32,000 bases of DNA, taken from positions 180,001-212,000 of the forward strand of contig JAUVVC010000004.1 of assembly GCA_030604855.1 (NCBI GenBank), given 5' to 3'. Below are positions 8,853 to 16,815 of the stretch, one piece after another (the stretch's first letter is position 1; every line of letters begins with the position of its first letter). Source of the DNA: Erysipelotrichaceae bacterium (lineage in GTDB: Bacteria; Bacillota_I; Bacilli_A; Erysipelotrichales; Erysipelotrichaceae). Below the pieces are notes generated by a model. It saw only the letters and a list, made by a program, of their open reading frames with translations, searched no databases and was not told where the DNA came from. Both the position numbers and the translations under genes were made by a program.

Positions 8853-9879
8853 CGTTTTAAGCTACGAAGTTTTTTTCAAAGAGAAACAGACAACCGTGAA
8901 TCCAGATGGAACCATCGTACAAACCGTCGTGACGGAATTTGACACCGATGTGACACGTGTCGTGGAGAACACCATTGAGAAAGTGGTGGGCATCCAATCC
9001 ATCGTCTTCGAAGAAGTCTATTCAAGTGGCAGTGGCGCTATTTTCGACTATGTCGACAATACCGTCCACATCGTAACCAACAACCATGTCATTGAAGATG
9101 CAGAGCGTATCCAAGTTGTCTTTGCCAACGGGGAAACCGTGGATGCGACTTTAATGGGATCTGATTTGTTTACAGATCTTGCTTTGTTGGAAGTAAAGGT
9201 CGACTTTAGCGTGGAAGCCTTCCGTTTCGGAGATTCTTCCCTTGTCAAAGTAGGTGAGAATGCATTGGCCATTGGTAGCCCTTTAGGCTTGGAATTCCAA
9301 GGCTCTGTGACCATGGGCATCATTTCGGGTAAAGACCGTACTGTTCCCGTTGATTTGGACGGAAATGGGACCGATGATTGGGACAGCATCGTTCTTCAGA
9401 CAGATGCGGCCATCAATCCTGGAAACAGTGGAGGACCTTTGATCAATATGGCAGGTGAGCTCATTGGAATCACCTCCATGAAAATTGCTGACAGTTCTGT
9501 TGAAGGCATGGGCTTTGCGATCCCGATCAATGAAGTCATCCCCATCATCCAACAACTCAAAGATAACGGCAAGGTCATTCGACCGGTCATCGGAATCTCG
9601 GCAGTGAGTGTGGATGAACTGGCAGTATATCAAAAAAGCTACTATGGTATTCGCTTGGATCTGAACACTGGTTTATTGATCACGAGTGTTGTGGAGAACA
9701 GCCCTGCATCACGTGCCGGTTTGAAAGAAGGCGACGTCATCATGAGTTTTGATCAAGTTAATATCCTCAGCTTCAAAGAGTTTAGAAAACTTCTCTATGC
9801 GAAGAAAGTCGGCGATATCATTTCGATCTCTTATGATCGTGCGGGTAAGACTGCGACAACGGATGTGAAGCTTGAATGA
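8800..9879 (+). CDS. htrA: HtrA/DegP-family serine protease with PDZ domain (positional equivalent of B. subtilis HtrC/YyxA)
   Basis: 359 aa with an N-terminal membrane anchor. The catalytic contexts are TNNHVI, TDLALLEV and NPGNSGGPLIN. A C-terminal PDZ-like domain is present. The strong SD GAAGGAGG lies inside the walJ 3' end, giving a 53-nt overlap. Confidence 0.92.
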   Translation: MKKFLTSTIILLLLIWNSVLSYEVFFKEKQTTVNPDGTIVQTVVTEFDTDVTRVVENTIEKVVGIQSIVFEEVYSSGSGAIFDYVDNTVHIVTNNHVIEDAERIQVVFANGETVDATLMGSDLFTDLALLEVKVDFSVEAFRFGDSSLVKVGENALAIGSPLGLEFQGSVTMGIISGKDRTVPVDLDGNGTDDWDSIVLQTDAAINPGNSGGPLINMAGELIGITSMKIADSSVEGMGFAIPINEVIPIIQQLKDNGKVIRPVIGISAVSVDELAVYQKSYYGIRLDLNTGLLITSVVENSPASRAGLKEGDVIMSFDQVNILSFKEFRKLLYAKKVGDIISISYDRAGKTATTDVKLE

Positions 9880-10346
9880 TTAAACTGATTGTTGTAGGGA
9901 AGATTAAAGAGAAAACTTTAGAGAGTCTGATTCAAGATTATATCAAACGGATTCAGCCATTTTCTAAGATTTTGATTGAGGAAATCAAAGACGAAGCGAA
10001 CTATGAGGATGAAGCGAAGAATCTTCAGTCACTCATGAAGGAATCGCAAGTGATTCTAAGTAAGATAACTAAGGATGATCATGTCATTCTCTTGGAATTA
10101 AGGGGAAAACTGATCGATTCCATTGAGTTGAGCGAACACATGGATAAAGCCATGACCTATGGTTCCAAGAACATCGTATTTGTCATTGGTGGATCATTGG
10201 GTGTTCATGAAGAGCTCCGTCAACGCGCCAATATCCTCTGGAAGTTATCCGCCAACACCTTCCCACATGGTATCGTTCGCTTGTTGGTCTTAGAACAAAT
10301 CTATCGTGCCTTTAAGATTCTGAATAATCAGACTTATCATAAATAA
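9876..10346 (+). CDS. rlmH: 23S rRNA (pseudouridine1915-N3)-methyltransferase RlmH
   Basis: 156 aa of SPOUT type. The sequence MIKLIVVGKIKEK...IVFVIGGSLG...LSANTFPHGIVRLLVLEQIYRAF is typical. The start overlaps the htrA stop (ATGA). Confidence 0.92.
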   Translation: MIKLIVVGKIKEKTLESLIQDYIKRIQPFSKILIEEIKDEANYEDEAKNLQSLMKESQVILSKITKDDHVILLELRGKLIDSIELSEHMDKAMTYGSKNIVFVIGGSLGVHEELRQRANILWKLSANTFPHGIVRLLVLEQIYRAFKILNNQTYHK

Positions 10347-10359
10347 GTAAACGCTTACA
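10346..10359. promoter_or_regulatory. Candidate catabolite-responsive element (cre, CcpA operator)
   Basis: AGTAAACGCTTACA matches TGWAANCGNTNWCA at 13 of 14 positions, with only position 1 deviating. It overlaps the rlmH stop codon, about 40 nt upstream of the ptsH -35 candidate. Confidence 0.4.
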
Positions 10360-10370
10360 TGATTTAAATC

Positions 10371-10397
10371 AAAGGGTTTCCTCGGGAATCCTTTTTT
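10371..10397 (+). terminator. Rho-independent terminator after rlmH
   Basis: The stem is AAAGGGTTTC / GGGAATCCTTT, including G-U pairs, around a CTCG loop. It ends in a T6 run. Confidence 0.65.
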
Positions 10398-10398
10398 A

Positions 10399-10427
10399 TT
10401 GTATTTACATTGTAATTAAGCTAAAAT
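10399..10427 (+). promoter_or_regulatory. Candidate sigma-A promoter of ptsH (TTGTAT-17 nt-TAAAAT)
   Basis: The -35-like TTGTAT lies at 10399-10404 and the -10-like TAAAAT at 10422-10427. The SD AGGAGGG lies at 10440-10446 and the ATG at 10454. Confidence 0.5.
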
Positions 10428-10453
10428 AGAACCAACAGTAGGAGGGTAGTTTT

Positions 10454-10720
10454 ATGAAACAAATTAATGTATTGGTAATTGATCCCGTTGGACTGCATGC
10501 TCGTCCAGCCACAGTGGCTGTGAGTGCGGCTAGCCGTTTCAAATGTGAAGTCAAAGTTGCGTTTAAAGGTCGTTCTGTAAACATGAAATCGATCATGGGT
10601 GTTATGTCCTTGGGTATTCCAACGCAATCAGAAGTTATGATTTCGTGCGAAGGTGAAGACGAAGACGACGCAATTAAAACAATCGAAGATGTATTAAGAA
10701 CTCAAAAGGTCATTCAATAA
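10454..10720 (+). CDS. ptsH: Phosphocarrier protein HPr
   Basis: 88 aa. The active-site motif GLHARPA places His at residue 15. The regulatory motif KSIMGVMSLG places Ser at residue 46. Confidence 0.95.
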   Translation: MKQINVLVIDPVGLHARPATVAVSAASRFKCEVKVAFKGRSVNMKSIMGVMSLGIPTQSEVMISCEGEDEDDAIKTIEDVLRTQKVIQ

Positions 10721-10735
10721 AGAATGTCATAAAAT

Positions 10736-10760
10736 GAAGATGATCTCATCTTCTTTTTAT
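10736..10760 (+). terminator. Rho-independent terminator after ptsH
   Basis: GAAGATG (10736-10742) pairs with CATCTTC (10747-10753) around a 4-nt loop. TTTTTAT follows. Confidence 0.7.
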
Positions 10761-10775
10761 TATCAAGGGAGAACC

Positions 10776-12461
10776 ATGCAAAAAATAATCGAACATTGGA
10801 AGAATCATCCAAATTTGGATCCAAAACTCAGAGCAGAATTTGATCGCTTAAGTGAAACGGAACTGAGTGATGCGTTCTATACGAACCTGGAATTTGGGAC
10901 GGCTGGAATGCGTGGATTATTGGGAGTCGGTTGTAATCGCCTGAATGTACACACGATCCGTAAGGCGAATGTGGCGTTTGGACGTTATTTGAGTCAGTAT
11001 CCTGATGTTTCAAAAAAAGGCGTGGCCATCGCTTACGATAACCGCCATATGTCCAAAGAGTTTGCGGAAGAATCCGCAAAGGTTTTAGCAAGTTTCAATA
11101 TTCCATCGTATGTGTTCACAGCATTACGGCCGACACCAGAACTCTCCTATGCCGTACGTGAATTGGGATGTGAGGGCGGTATCGTCATCACGGCATCGCA
11201 CAATCCTAAAGAATACAATGGGTATAAAGTTTATGATCAACGTGGTTGTCAATTGATTCCTGAATTGATTGATCAAGTCATCGCGGAAATCAATGCCATT
11301 GAAGATGAGCTTGAAATCAAAGTGAATCTGAGTGATGAACAAAAAGCCATGATTCATTGGATTGATAAAGAAGTGGATGAACCGTATATCAAACGTGTTC
11401 TTGAAATACAGAATCGTAAGGATATGGATAAATCCAATGTGAAGATCGTTTTCACTCCGCAACACGGCACCGCTTTGATGTCGGTTGAAGAAGTGTTCAA
11501 ACAAGCGGGATATCCTTATATATTGGTTGAGGAACAATGTTCCTTCGATCCCAACTTCTCACAAACAAAATCACCCAATCCTGAAGAAAAGGTTGCCTAT
11601 GAGAAAGCCATCGAACTTGCCAAGCAAGTCGGGGCGGATGCGGCACTGAGTACCGATCCGGATGCGGATCGTGTTGGGGTTGTGGTTCGTCATAAGGATG
11701 ATTATGTTTTATTAACAGGTAATCAAACAGGTTCGATTTTGATCGAATACCTTTTGCGTACCAAAAAAGAATTGAATGCACTTCCTTCAAATGCGGTCAT
11801 CTTCAATACGGTCGTAACCTCTGACTTAGGTGAAAAAGTAGCTAAAAGCTATGGGGTTGAAGTTGAAAAGACTTTGACCGGCTTTAAGTTCATTGGGGAA
11901 AAGATTGCGAAGTATGAAATCACCCATGAAAGATCCTTTGTTTTAGGTTATGAAGAAAGTTATGGCTATTTGGTTGAGCCCTTTGTTCGAGATAAGGATG
12001 CGATTCAAGCGTGTTTGATTCTCGCGGAATGTATTACTTTCTACAAACATGAAGGTAAGACCTTGGTGGATGTGTTGAATGAACTCTATGCGACCTATGG
12101 TTATCACCATGAAGATCAAGTCTCTCTTACCCTCAAAGGATCTGAAGGATCACAGAAGATCAAAGCGATCTTGGATCATTTCAGAACACAAGTCATTGAC
12201 TCCTTTGCAGGTTTGAAGGTTTTGACTAAGGAAGATTACTTGTTGAAACTGCGTACTGAAGGGTCTGAAGTTGCAGCGCTCGATTTCCCACCCTCGGATG
12301 TCATCAAATACCATCTCGAAGATGGCAGTTGGTTGGCGATTCGTCCATCGGGCACGGAACCAAAGTGCAAGTTCTATTTCTGTGTATTAGGAAAAGATGA
12401 AGCAGAGGCTAAGGCGAAATTTAAAGCCATACATGAAAATTTAAATACACATTTAAATTAG
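10776..12461 (+). CDS. pgcA: Alpha-phosphoglucomutase (PgcA-like phosphohexomutase)
   Basis: I moved the start to the ATG at 10776, because ORF-track 10734 would begin inside the ptsH terminator. The SD GGGAG lies upstream. The catalytic Ser loop is TASHNPKEYNGYKVY. The metal loop is STDPDADRVG. GYEESYGY is present. 561 aa. Confidence 0.92.
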   Translation: MQKIIEHWKNHPNLDPKLRAEFDRLSETELSDAFYTNLEFGTAGMRGLLGVGCNRLNVHTIRKANVAFGRYLSQYPDVSKKGVAIAYDNRHMSKEFAEESAKVLASFNIPSYVFTALRPTPELSYAVRELGCEGGIVITASHNPKEYNGYKVYDQRGCQLIPELIDQVIAEINAIEDELEIKVNLSDEQKAMIHWIDKEVDEPYIKRVLEIQNRKDMDKSNVKIVFTPQHGTALMSVEEVFKQAGYPYILVEEQCSFDPNFSQTKSPNPEEKVAYEKAIELAKQVGADAALSTDPDADRVGVVVRHKDDYVLLTGNQTGSILIEYLLRTKKELNALPSNAVIFNTVVTSDLGEKVAKSYGVEVEKTLTGFKFIGEKIAKYEITHERSFVLGYEESYGYLVEPFVRDKDAIQACLILAECITFYKHEGKTLVDVLNELYATYGYHHEDQVSLTLKGSEGSQKIKAILDHFRTQVIDSFAGLKVLTKEDYLLKLRTEGSEVAALDFPPSDVIKYHLEDGSWLAIRPSGTEPKCKFYFCVLGKDEAEAKAKFKAIHENLNTHLN

Positions 12462-12470
12462 GGAGGACCT

Positions 12471-14297
12471 ATGTTCAAACAAAGAATAAATGAGACATTC
12501 CATCAAGGTCATTGTCTGGATGCCCATAAGTTTTATGGAGCACACTTTGACTATGAGAGTGCACCCGGGGTACGGTTCACAACCTATGCGCCAAATGCGC
12601 GGAATGTTCAATTGGTGGGCTCGTTCAACAACTGGGAGAGACCTTTGAATTTAGAACGTTTGAGTGATGGTTCTTGGACGGTCTTTGTGCCGGATGTGGC
12701 AGAATGGACCCTCTATAAATACAAGATCGAACAAGCCGATGGCAACTGGGTTGAAAAGAGTGATCCTTACGCCTTTGCATCTGAACTCAGACCCAAGAGT
12801 GCGAACCTTGTCGTCAACCTTGGTAATTTCCCTTGGCGTGATCAAATGTGGATCAATCGTCGTGAGAAGTATTTCAATAAACCCATGAACATTTATGAGC
12901 TTCACTTGGGAAGCTGGATGAAGCGGGATGCGCATGAATGGATGAACTATGAAGAAATCGCACATCAGTTGATTCCTTATGTCAAAGAAATGGGCTTCAC
13001 ACACATCGAATTGATGCCACTAACGGAATATCCTTTTGATGGATCCTGGGGTTATCAAGCCCATGGTTATTTCTCATTAACATCCCGTTATGGAACACCC
13101 AAACAATTCATGTCATTTGTGGATGAATGTCACCTGAATGATATCGGTGTCATCTTGGATTTCGTACCGGTTCATTTCGTAAAGGATAATTATGGTTTAC
13201 GTTACTTTGATGGTACACCTTTGTTTGAATACCCCAATCCTCATGATGCGAACAGTCAATGGGATACCTTGAACTTTGATTTATGGAAAGAAGAAGTTCG
13301 TAGTTTCTTGCTTTCTTCCGCAAGTTTCTGGTTGGAGACTTATCATGTGGATGGATTAAGGATCGATGCGGTTTCAAACATCATCTTCTGGCATGGGAAT
13401 AAGAATAATGGGACCAATGATGGGGCTACAGCCTTCATCCGCCGTCTGAATTATTACTTGAATGTCCGTTATCCTGGTGTCATCATGATGGCTGAGGATT
13501 CATCGGATTATCCAAAGGTCACGCATCCTACTACAGAGATGGGACTTGGTTTTGACTACAAATGGGATTTGGGCTGGATGAATGACACGTTGAAATACTA
13601 TTCACTAGACCCAGTTTACCGTCAGTTCCACCATCACCAATTGACCTTCTCAATGGCTTACTTCTACTCCGAAAACTTTATCCTACCTTTATCACACGAT
13701 GAAGTCGTACATGGAAAAGGAACGATCATCAATAAACTTTGGGGTGACTATAAGCAAAAGTTTGCTCAAGCACGGAACCTCTACGCCTATATGTTTTCAC
13801 ATCCAGGCAAGAAGTTGAATTTCATGGGCAATGAATTGGCACACTTCAGAGAGTTTGATGAAAACGTTGAACAAGATTGGTTCTTGTTGGGATACCATAC
13901 GCATCATTCCTTCAATCGTTTCTTTAGAGATTTATCGCATATCTATAAACACCACAGCTGTTTGAGTCACCATGATTACAAGCACCATGGTTTCAAATGG
14001 ATCGATGCGGACAATGCGAGCCAATCCATCTACAGTTATTATCGTGAAGATGAAGAAAGTGTCGTGATCGTAATCTTGAATATGACACCGGTTTCTTATG
14101 AGAGTTATCGTCTGGGTGTTCCGTATAAAGGAACGTATACCGAAATCATCAATACGGAAAAAGACATTTATGATGGATGTAATATGTGCAACTTTGAGCC
14201 TCTTGTGTCTGAAAAACATGAAGCCCACCGTTTTGATAACAGTATTTTAGTCCGAATTGCACCGTTTGCGGGTGTTTATTTGGAAATGAAAAAGTAA
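12471..14297 (+). CDS. glgB: 1,4-alpha-glucan branching enzyme
   Basis: 608 aa, GH13. Conserved regions are VILDFVPVHF, VDGLRIDAV, MMAEDSS and LSHDEVVHGK. The N-terminal CBM48-like segment is GVRFTTYAPNARNVQLVGSFNNW. Confidence 0.93.
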   Translation: MFKQRINETFHQGHCLDAHKFYGAHFDYESAPGVRFTTYAPNARNVQLVGSFNNWERPLNLERLSDGSWTVFVPDVAEWTLYKYKIEQADGNWVEKSDPYAFASELRPKSANLVVNLGNFPWRDQMWINRREKYFNKPMNIYELHLGSWMKRDAHEWMNYEEIAHQLIPYVKEMGFTHIELMPLTEYPFDGSWGYQAHGYFSLTSRYGTPKQFMSFVDECHLNDIGVILDFVPVHFVKDNYGLRYFDGTPLFEYPNPHDANSQWDTLNFDLWKEEVRSFLLSSASFWLETYHVDGLRIDAVSNIIFWHGNKNNGTNDGATAFIRRLNYYLNVRYPGVIMMAEDSSDYPKVTHPTTEMGLGFDYKWDLGWMNDTLKYYSLDPVYRQFHHHQLTFSMAYFYSENFILPLSHDEVVHGKGTIINKLWGDYKQKFAQARNLYAYMFSHPGKKLNFMGNELAHFREFDENVEQDWFLLGYHTHHSFNRFFRDLSHIYKHHSCLSHHDYKHHGFKWIDADNASQSIYSYYREDEESVVIVILNMTPVSYESYRLGVPYKGTYTEIINTEKDIYDGCNMCNFEPLVSEKHEAHRFDNSILVRIAPFAGVYLEMKK

Positions 14298-14325
14298 TGA
14301 CCAATCAACACACACGTGTTAGAAT
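14297..14325 (+). promoter_or_regulatory. Possible internal promoter upstream of glgP (aTGACc-17 nt-TGtTAGAAT)
   Basis: An extended -10 TGTTAGAAT lies at 14317-14325 and a -35-like ATGACC at 14297-14302. Both sit in the 53-nt glgB-glgP gap. Confidence 0.3.
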
Positions 14326-14350
14326 GGAAAGGGTATTTTAGGGAGGCTCT

Positions 14351-16753
14351 ATGTTTAAAGATAAATTTGAATTTAAACGTGATTTCACACAACGCGTTGT
14401 GGAACTGTACGGACGTTCGGTTGAACAGTCCCATATAACAGAACGATACATCGTATTGGGCGAGATGGTACGTGATTATGCATCCATACACTGGAAAGAA
14501 AACAAAGAAGCCATCGCTCAGCTCGAAGCGAAGCAGATGTTCTATTTCTCAATGGAATTCTTGATTGGTCGTTTGATGACCAACAATTTGATGAACTTGG
14601 GAATCTATGACATCGTCCGCGATGGTCTCAAAGAATTGGATATCGATTTGAATCAACTCGAAGATATGGAATCCGATGCAGGTTTAGGCAATGGTGGTTT
14701 AGGTCGCTTAGCAGCTTGTTTCTTGGATTCTTTAGCTTCCAAGTCCCTGCCAGGACATGGTAACTGCATTCGATATGAATATGGTTTGTTTAAGCAAAGA
14801 ATCGTGGATGGGGCTCAAGTTGAAGTTCCAGACCAATGGTTGCGCTTAGGCAATGTTTGGGAAGTACGTAAACCAAAACATGCGGTTGACGTTAAGTTTT
14901 GGGGTCGTATTGAAATGGTCAAACGGGATGATGGACGCATCGCTTTCAATCAAGTCGATTGCGAACACATTCGTGCGGTTCCCTATGATATGCCGATTGT
15001 TGGCAAGTCAACGGATACGACAAACACACTTCGTTTATGGAGCGCTGAAGCCAGCGATATTTTACCTGCAAATAAAGACTTTAGACAATACATCACAGAA
15101 GTTCGTGAAATCTGTCAAAACGTTTATCCCGATGATTCTACGGAACATGGCCGTTACTTGCGTCTCAAGCAACAATACTTCTTCGTATCTGCGGGTTTGA
15201 TCGCGTATTTCAAAGCACATCTGCGTGTCTATCCAAGTCTGGACAACCTTCCTGAAAAGGTCGTCTTCCAATTGAATGATACCCATCCTGTCTTGGCCAT
15301 TCCGGAAATGATGCGTCTACTCATGGATGAGTATGATTACGATTGGGACAGTGCTTGGGCTTTGGTTAATCAAAGTATCGCCTACACCAACCATACGGTC
15401 ATGGCAGAGGCACTTGAGAAGTGGCCGGTTCACTTCGTTCAGATGTTGTTGCCTAGAATTTATATGATCATTGAAGAAATCAATCGTCGTTTTGTCGAAC
15501 AAGTCAAAGTAGATTTCCCAGAAGATGATGGCTTAATCAAACGTGTATCCATCATCAAAGATGGACAGATACATATGGCAAACTTAGCCATCGTATCCAG
15601 CATGTCGGTCAATGGGGTTGCGAAACTGCATACCGAAATCTTGAAGAACGATGTCATGAAAGACTTCTATAAGATCTTTGAAGCCAAGTTTAACAATAAG
15701 ACCAATGGAATCACCCACCGTCGTTGGTTGGTGTATTCCAACCCACAACTGAAGTCCTTATTGGATAAGACGATCGGGGATGACTATGTCTATCAACCTG
15801 AGCATCTTCTTAATCTAATGAAGCATGTGAATAAGAAAAAGCTTCAAAAAGACTTTTTAAAGGTCAAACAAGAGCGTAAAGAAATCTTAGCGCAATACAT
15901 CAAACAAGTCACAGGCATCGAATTGGATACCAAGTCCATCTTTGATGTCCAGGCTAAACGTCTTCATGCTTACAAGCGTCAACTCTTGAACGTGATGCAC
16001 ATCATTTATCTCTATCAGAAGTTGAAGAGTGATCCAAACTTCACCATGTATCCAAGATCGTTCATCTTTGCGGCAAAGGCGGCACCTGCGTATTATTTCG
16101 CTAAAAAAGTCATCCGTTTGATTCATGCGGTTGCGGATAAGGTGAATAACGATCCACGCATCAGCCAGTTCATGAAAGTTGTCTTTATTCCGAACTATAA
16201 CGTTTCCATTGCGGAAATTTTGATGAATGCGGCGGATGTGTCTGAGCAAATCTCCACAGCGGGTAAAGAAGCTTCGGGTACCGGAAACATGAAGTTTATG
16301 ATGAATGGGGCTTTGACTTTGGGTACCTTGGATGGGGCGAATGTGGAAATCCATGAACATGTGGGGTCTGAATACGACATCATCTTTGGTATGAAGGTAG
16401 AAGATATCGAAGACCTTAAACAAAAGGGCTACGATGCTTGGGCTGTCTTGAACAATGACTTAGAACTGAAAGCCGTTGTCCAATCCTTTGTGGATGGTAG
16501 TTTCAGTACAAACATTGAAGAATTCAGAGTTATTTATGATGAATTGATGTTTAGAAACGATGAATACTACTTACTGCAAGACTTCCGTGCTTATGTGGAA
16601 GCCCAACAAGAAGTTGAACGTCGTTATCTTGATAAAGAATACTGGGCACGTATGTGTCTGGTGAATATTGCTCAATCCGGTTTCTTCTCTTCGGATCGTA
16701 CGATTCAAGAGTATGCGGATGAGATTTGGAAGATTAGACCAATTAGTGACTAA
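14351..16753 (+). CDS. glgP: Glycogen/maltodextrin phosphorylase (GT35)
   Basis: 800 aa. The PLP-lysine region is ISTAGKEASGTGNMKFMMNGALTLGTLDGANVE. DAGLGNGGLGRLAACFLDS and NGVAKLHTEIL are also present. Confidence 0.96.
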   Translation: MFKDKFEFKRDFTQRVVELYGRSVEQSHITERYIVLGEMVRDYASIHWKENKEAIAQLEAKQMFYFSMEFLIGRLMTNNLMNLGIYDIVRDGLKELDIDLNQLEDMESDAGLGNGGLGRLAACFLDSLASKSLPGHGNCIRYEYGLFKQRIVDGAQVEVPDQWLRLGNVWEVRKPKHAVDVKFWGRIEMVKRDDGRIAFNQVDCEHIRAVPYDMPIVGKSTDTTNTLRLWSAEASDILPANKDFRQYITEVREICQNVYPDDSTEHGRYLRLKQQYFFVSAGLIAYFKAHLRVYPSLDNLPEKVVFQLNDTHPVLAIPEMMRLLMDEYDYDWDSAWALVNQSIAYTNHTVMAEALEKWPVHFVQMLLPRIYMIIEEINRRFVEQVKVDFPEDDGLIKRVSIIKDGQIHMANLAIVSSMSVNGVAKLHTEILKNDVMKDFYKIFEAKFNNKTNGITHRRWLVYSNPQLKSLLDKTIGDDYVYQPEHLLNLMKHVNKKKLQKDFLKVKQERKEILAQYIKQVTGIELDTKSIFDVQAKRLHAYKRQLLNVMHIIYLYQKLKSDPNFTMYPRSFIFAAKAAPAYYFAKKVIRLIHAVADKVNNDPRISQFMKVVFIPNYNVSIAEILMNAADVSEQISTAGKEASGTGNMKFMMNGALTLGTLDGANVEIHEHVGSEYDIIFGMKVEDIEDLKQKGYDAWAVLNNDLELKAVVQSFVDGSFSTNIEEFRVIYDELMFRNDEYYLLQDFRAYVEAQQEVERRYLDKEYWARMCLVNIAQSGFFSSDRTIQEYADEIWKIRPISD

Positions 16754-16803
16754 AGCAGCGTAAGCTGCTTTTATGTAGCGCAAGCTGCTTTTGTGTAGCG
16801 TAA
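16754..16803 (+). terminator. Tandemly duplicated rho-independent terminator (20-bp repeat, about 2.4 copies)
   Basis: Hairpin 1 is AGCAGC-GTAA-GCTGCT followed by TTTT. Hairpin 2 is GTAGC-GCAA-GCTGC followed by TTTT. The units at 16757-16776 and 16777-16796 are 18/20 identical. A partial third unit AGCGTAA lies at 16797-16803. Confidence 0.7.
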
Positions 16804-16815
16804 TTAAGGAGCCCT

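Noticed and set aside
10454-10720. Possibility that the orphan ptsH is a Crh-type HPr paralogue
   Set aside because: Crh proteins lack the catalytic His15 and carry Gln instead. This protein has GLHARPA with His at residue 15 as well as Ser46, so it is a bona fide HPr.
10734-10775. ORF-track start at 10734 for phosphoglucomutase, and likewise 4720 for rplI
   Set aside because: Position 10734 lies inside the ptsH terminator hairpin, whereas the ATG at 10776 has a GGGAG SD. For rplI, the canonical L9 N-terminus MKIILIEDV begins at 4753, after the gdpP stop.
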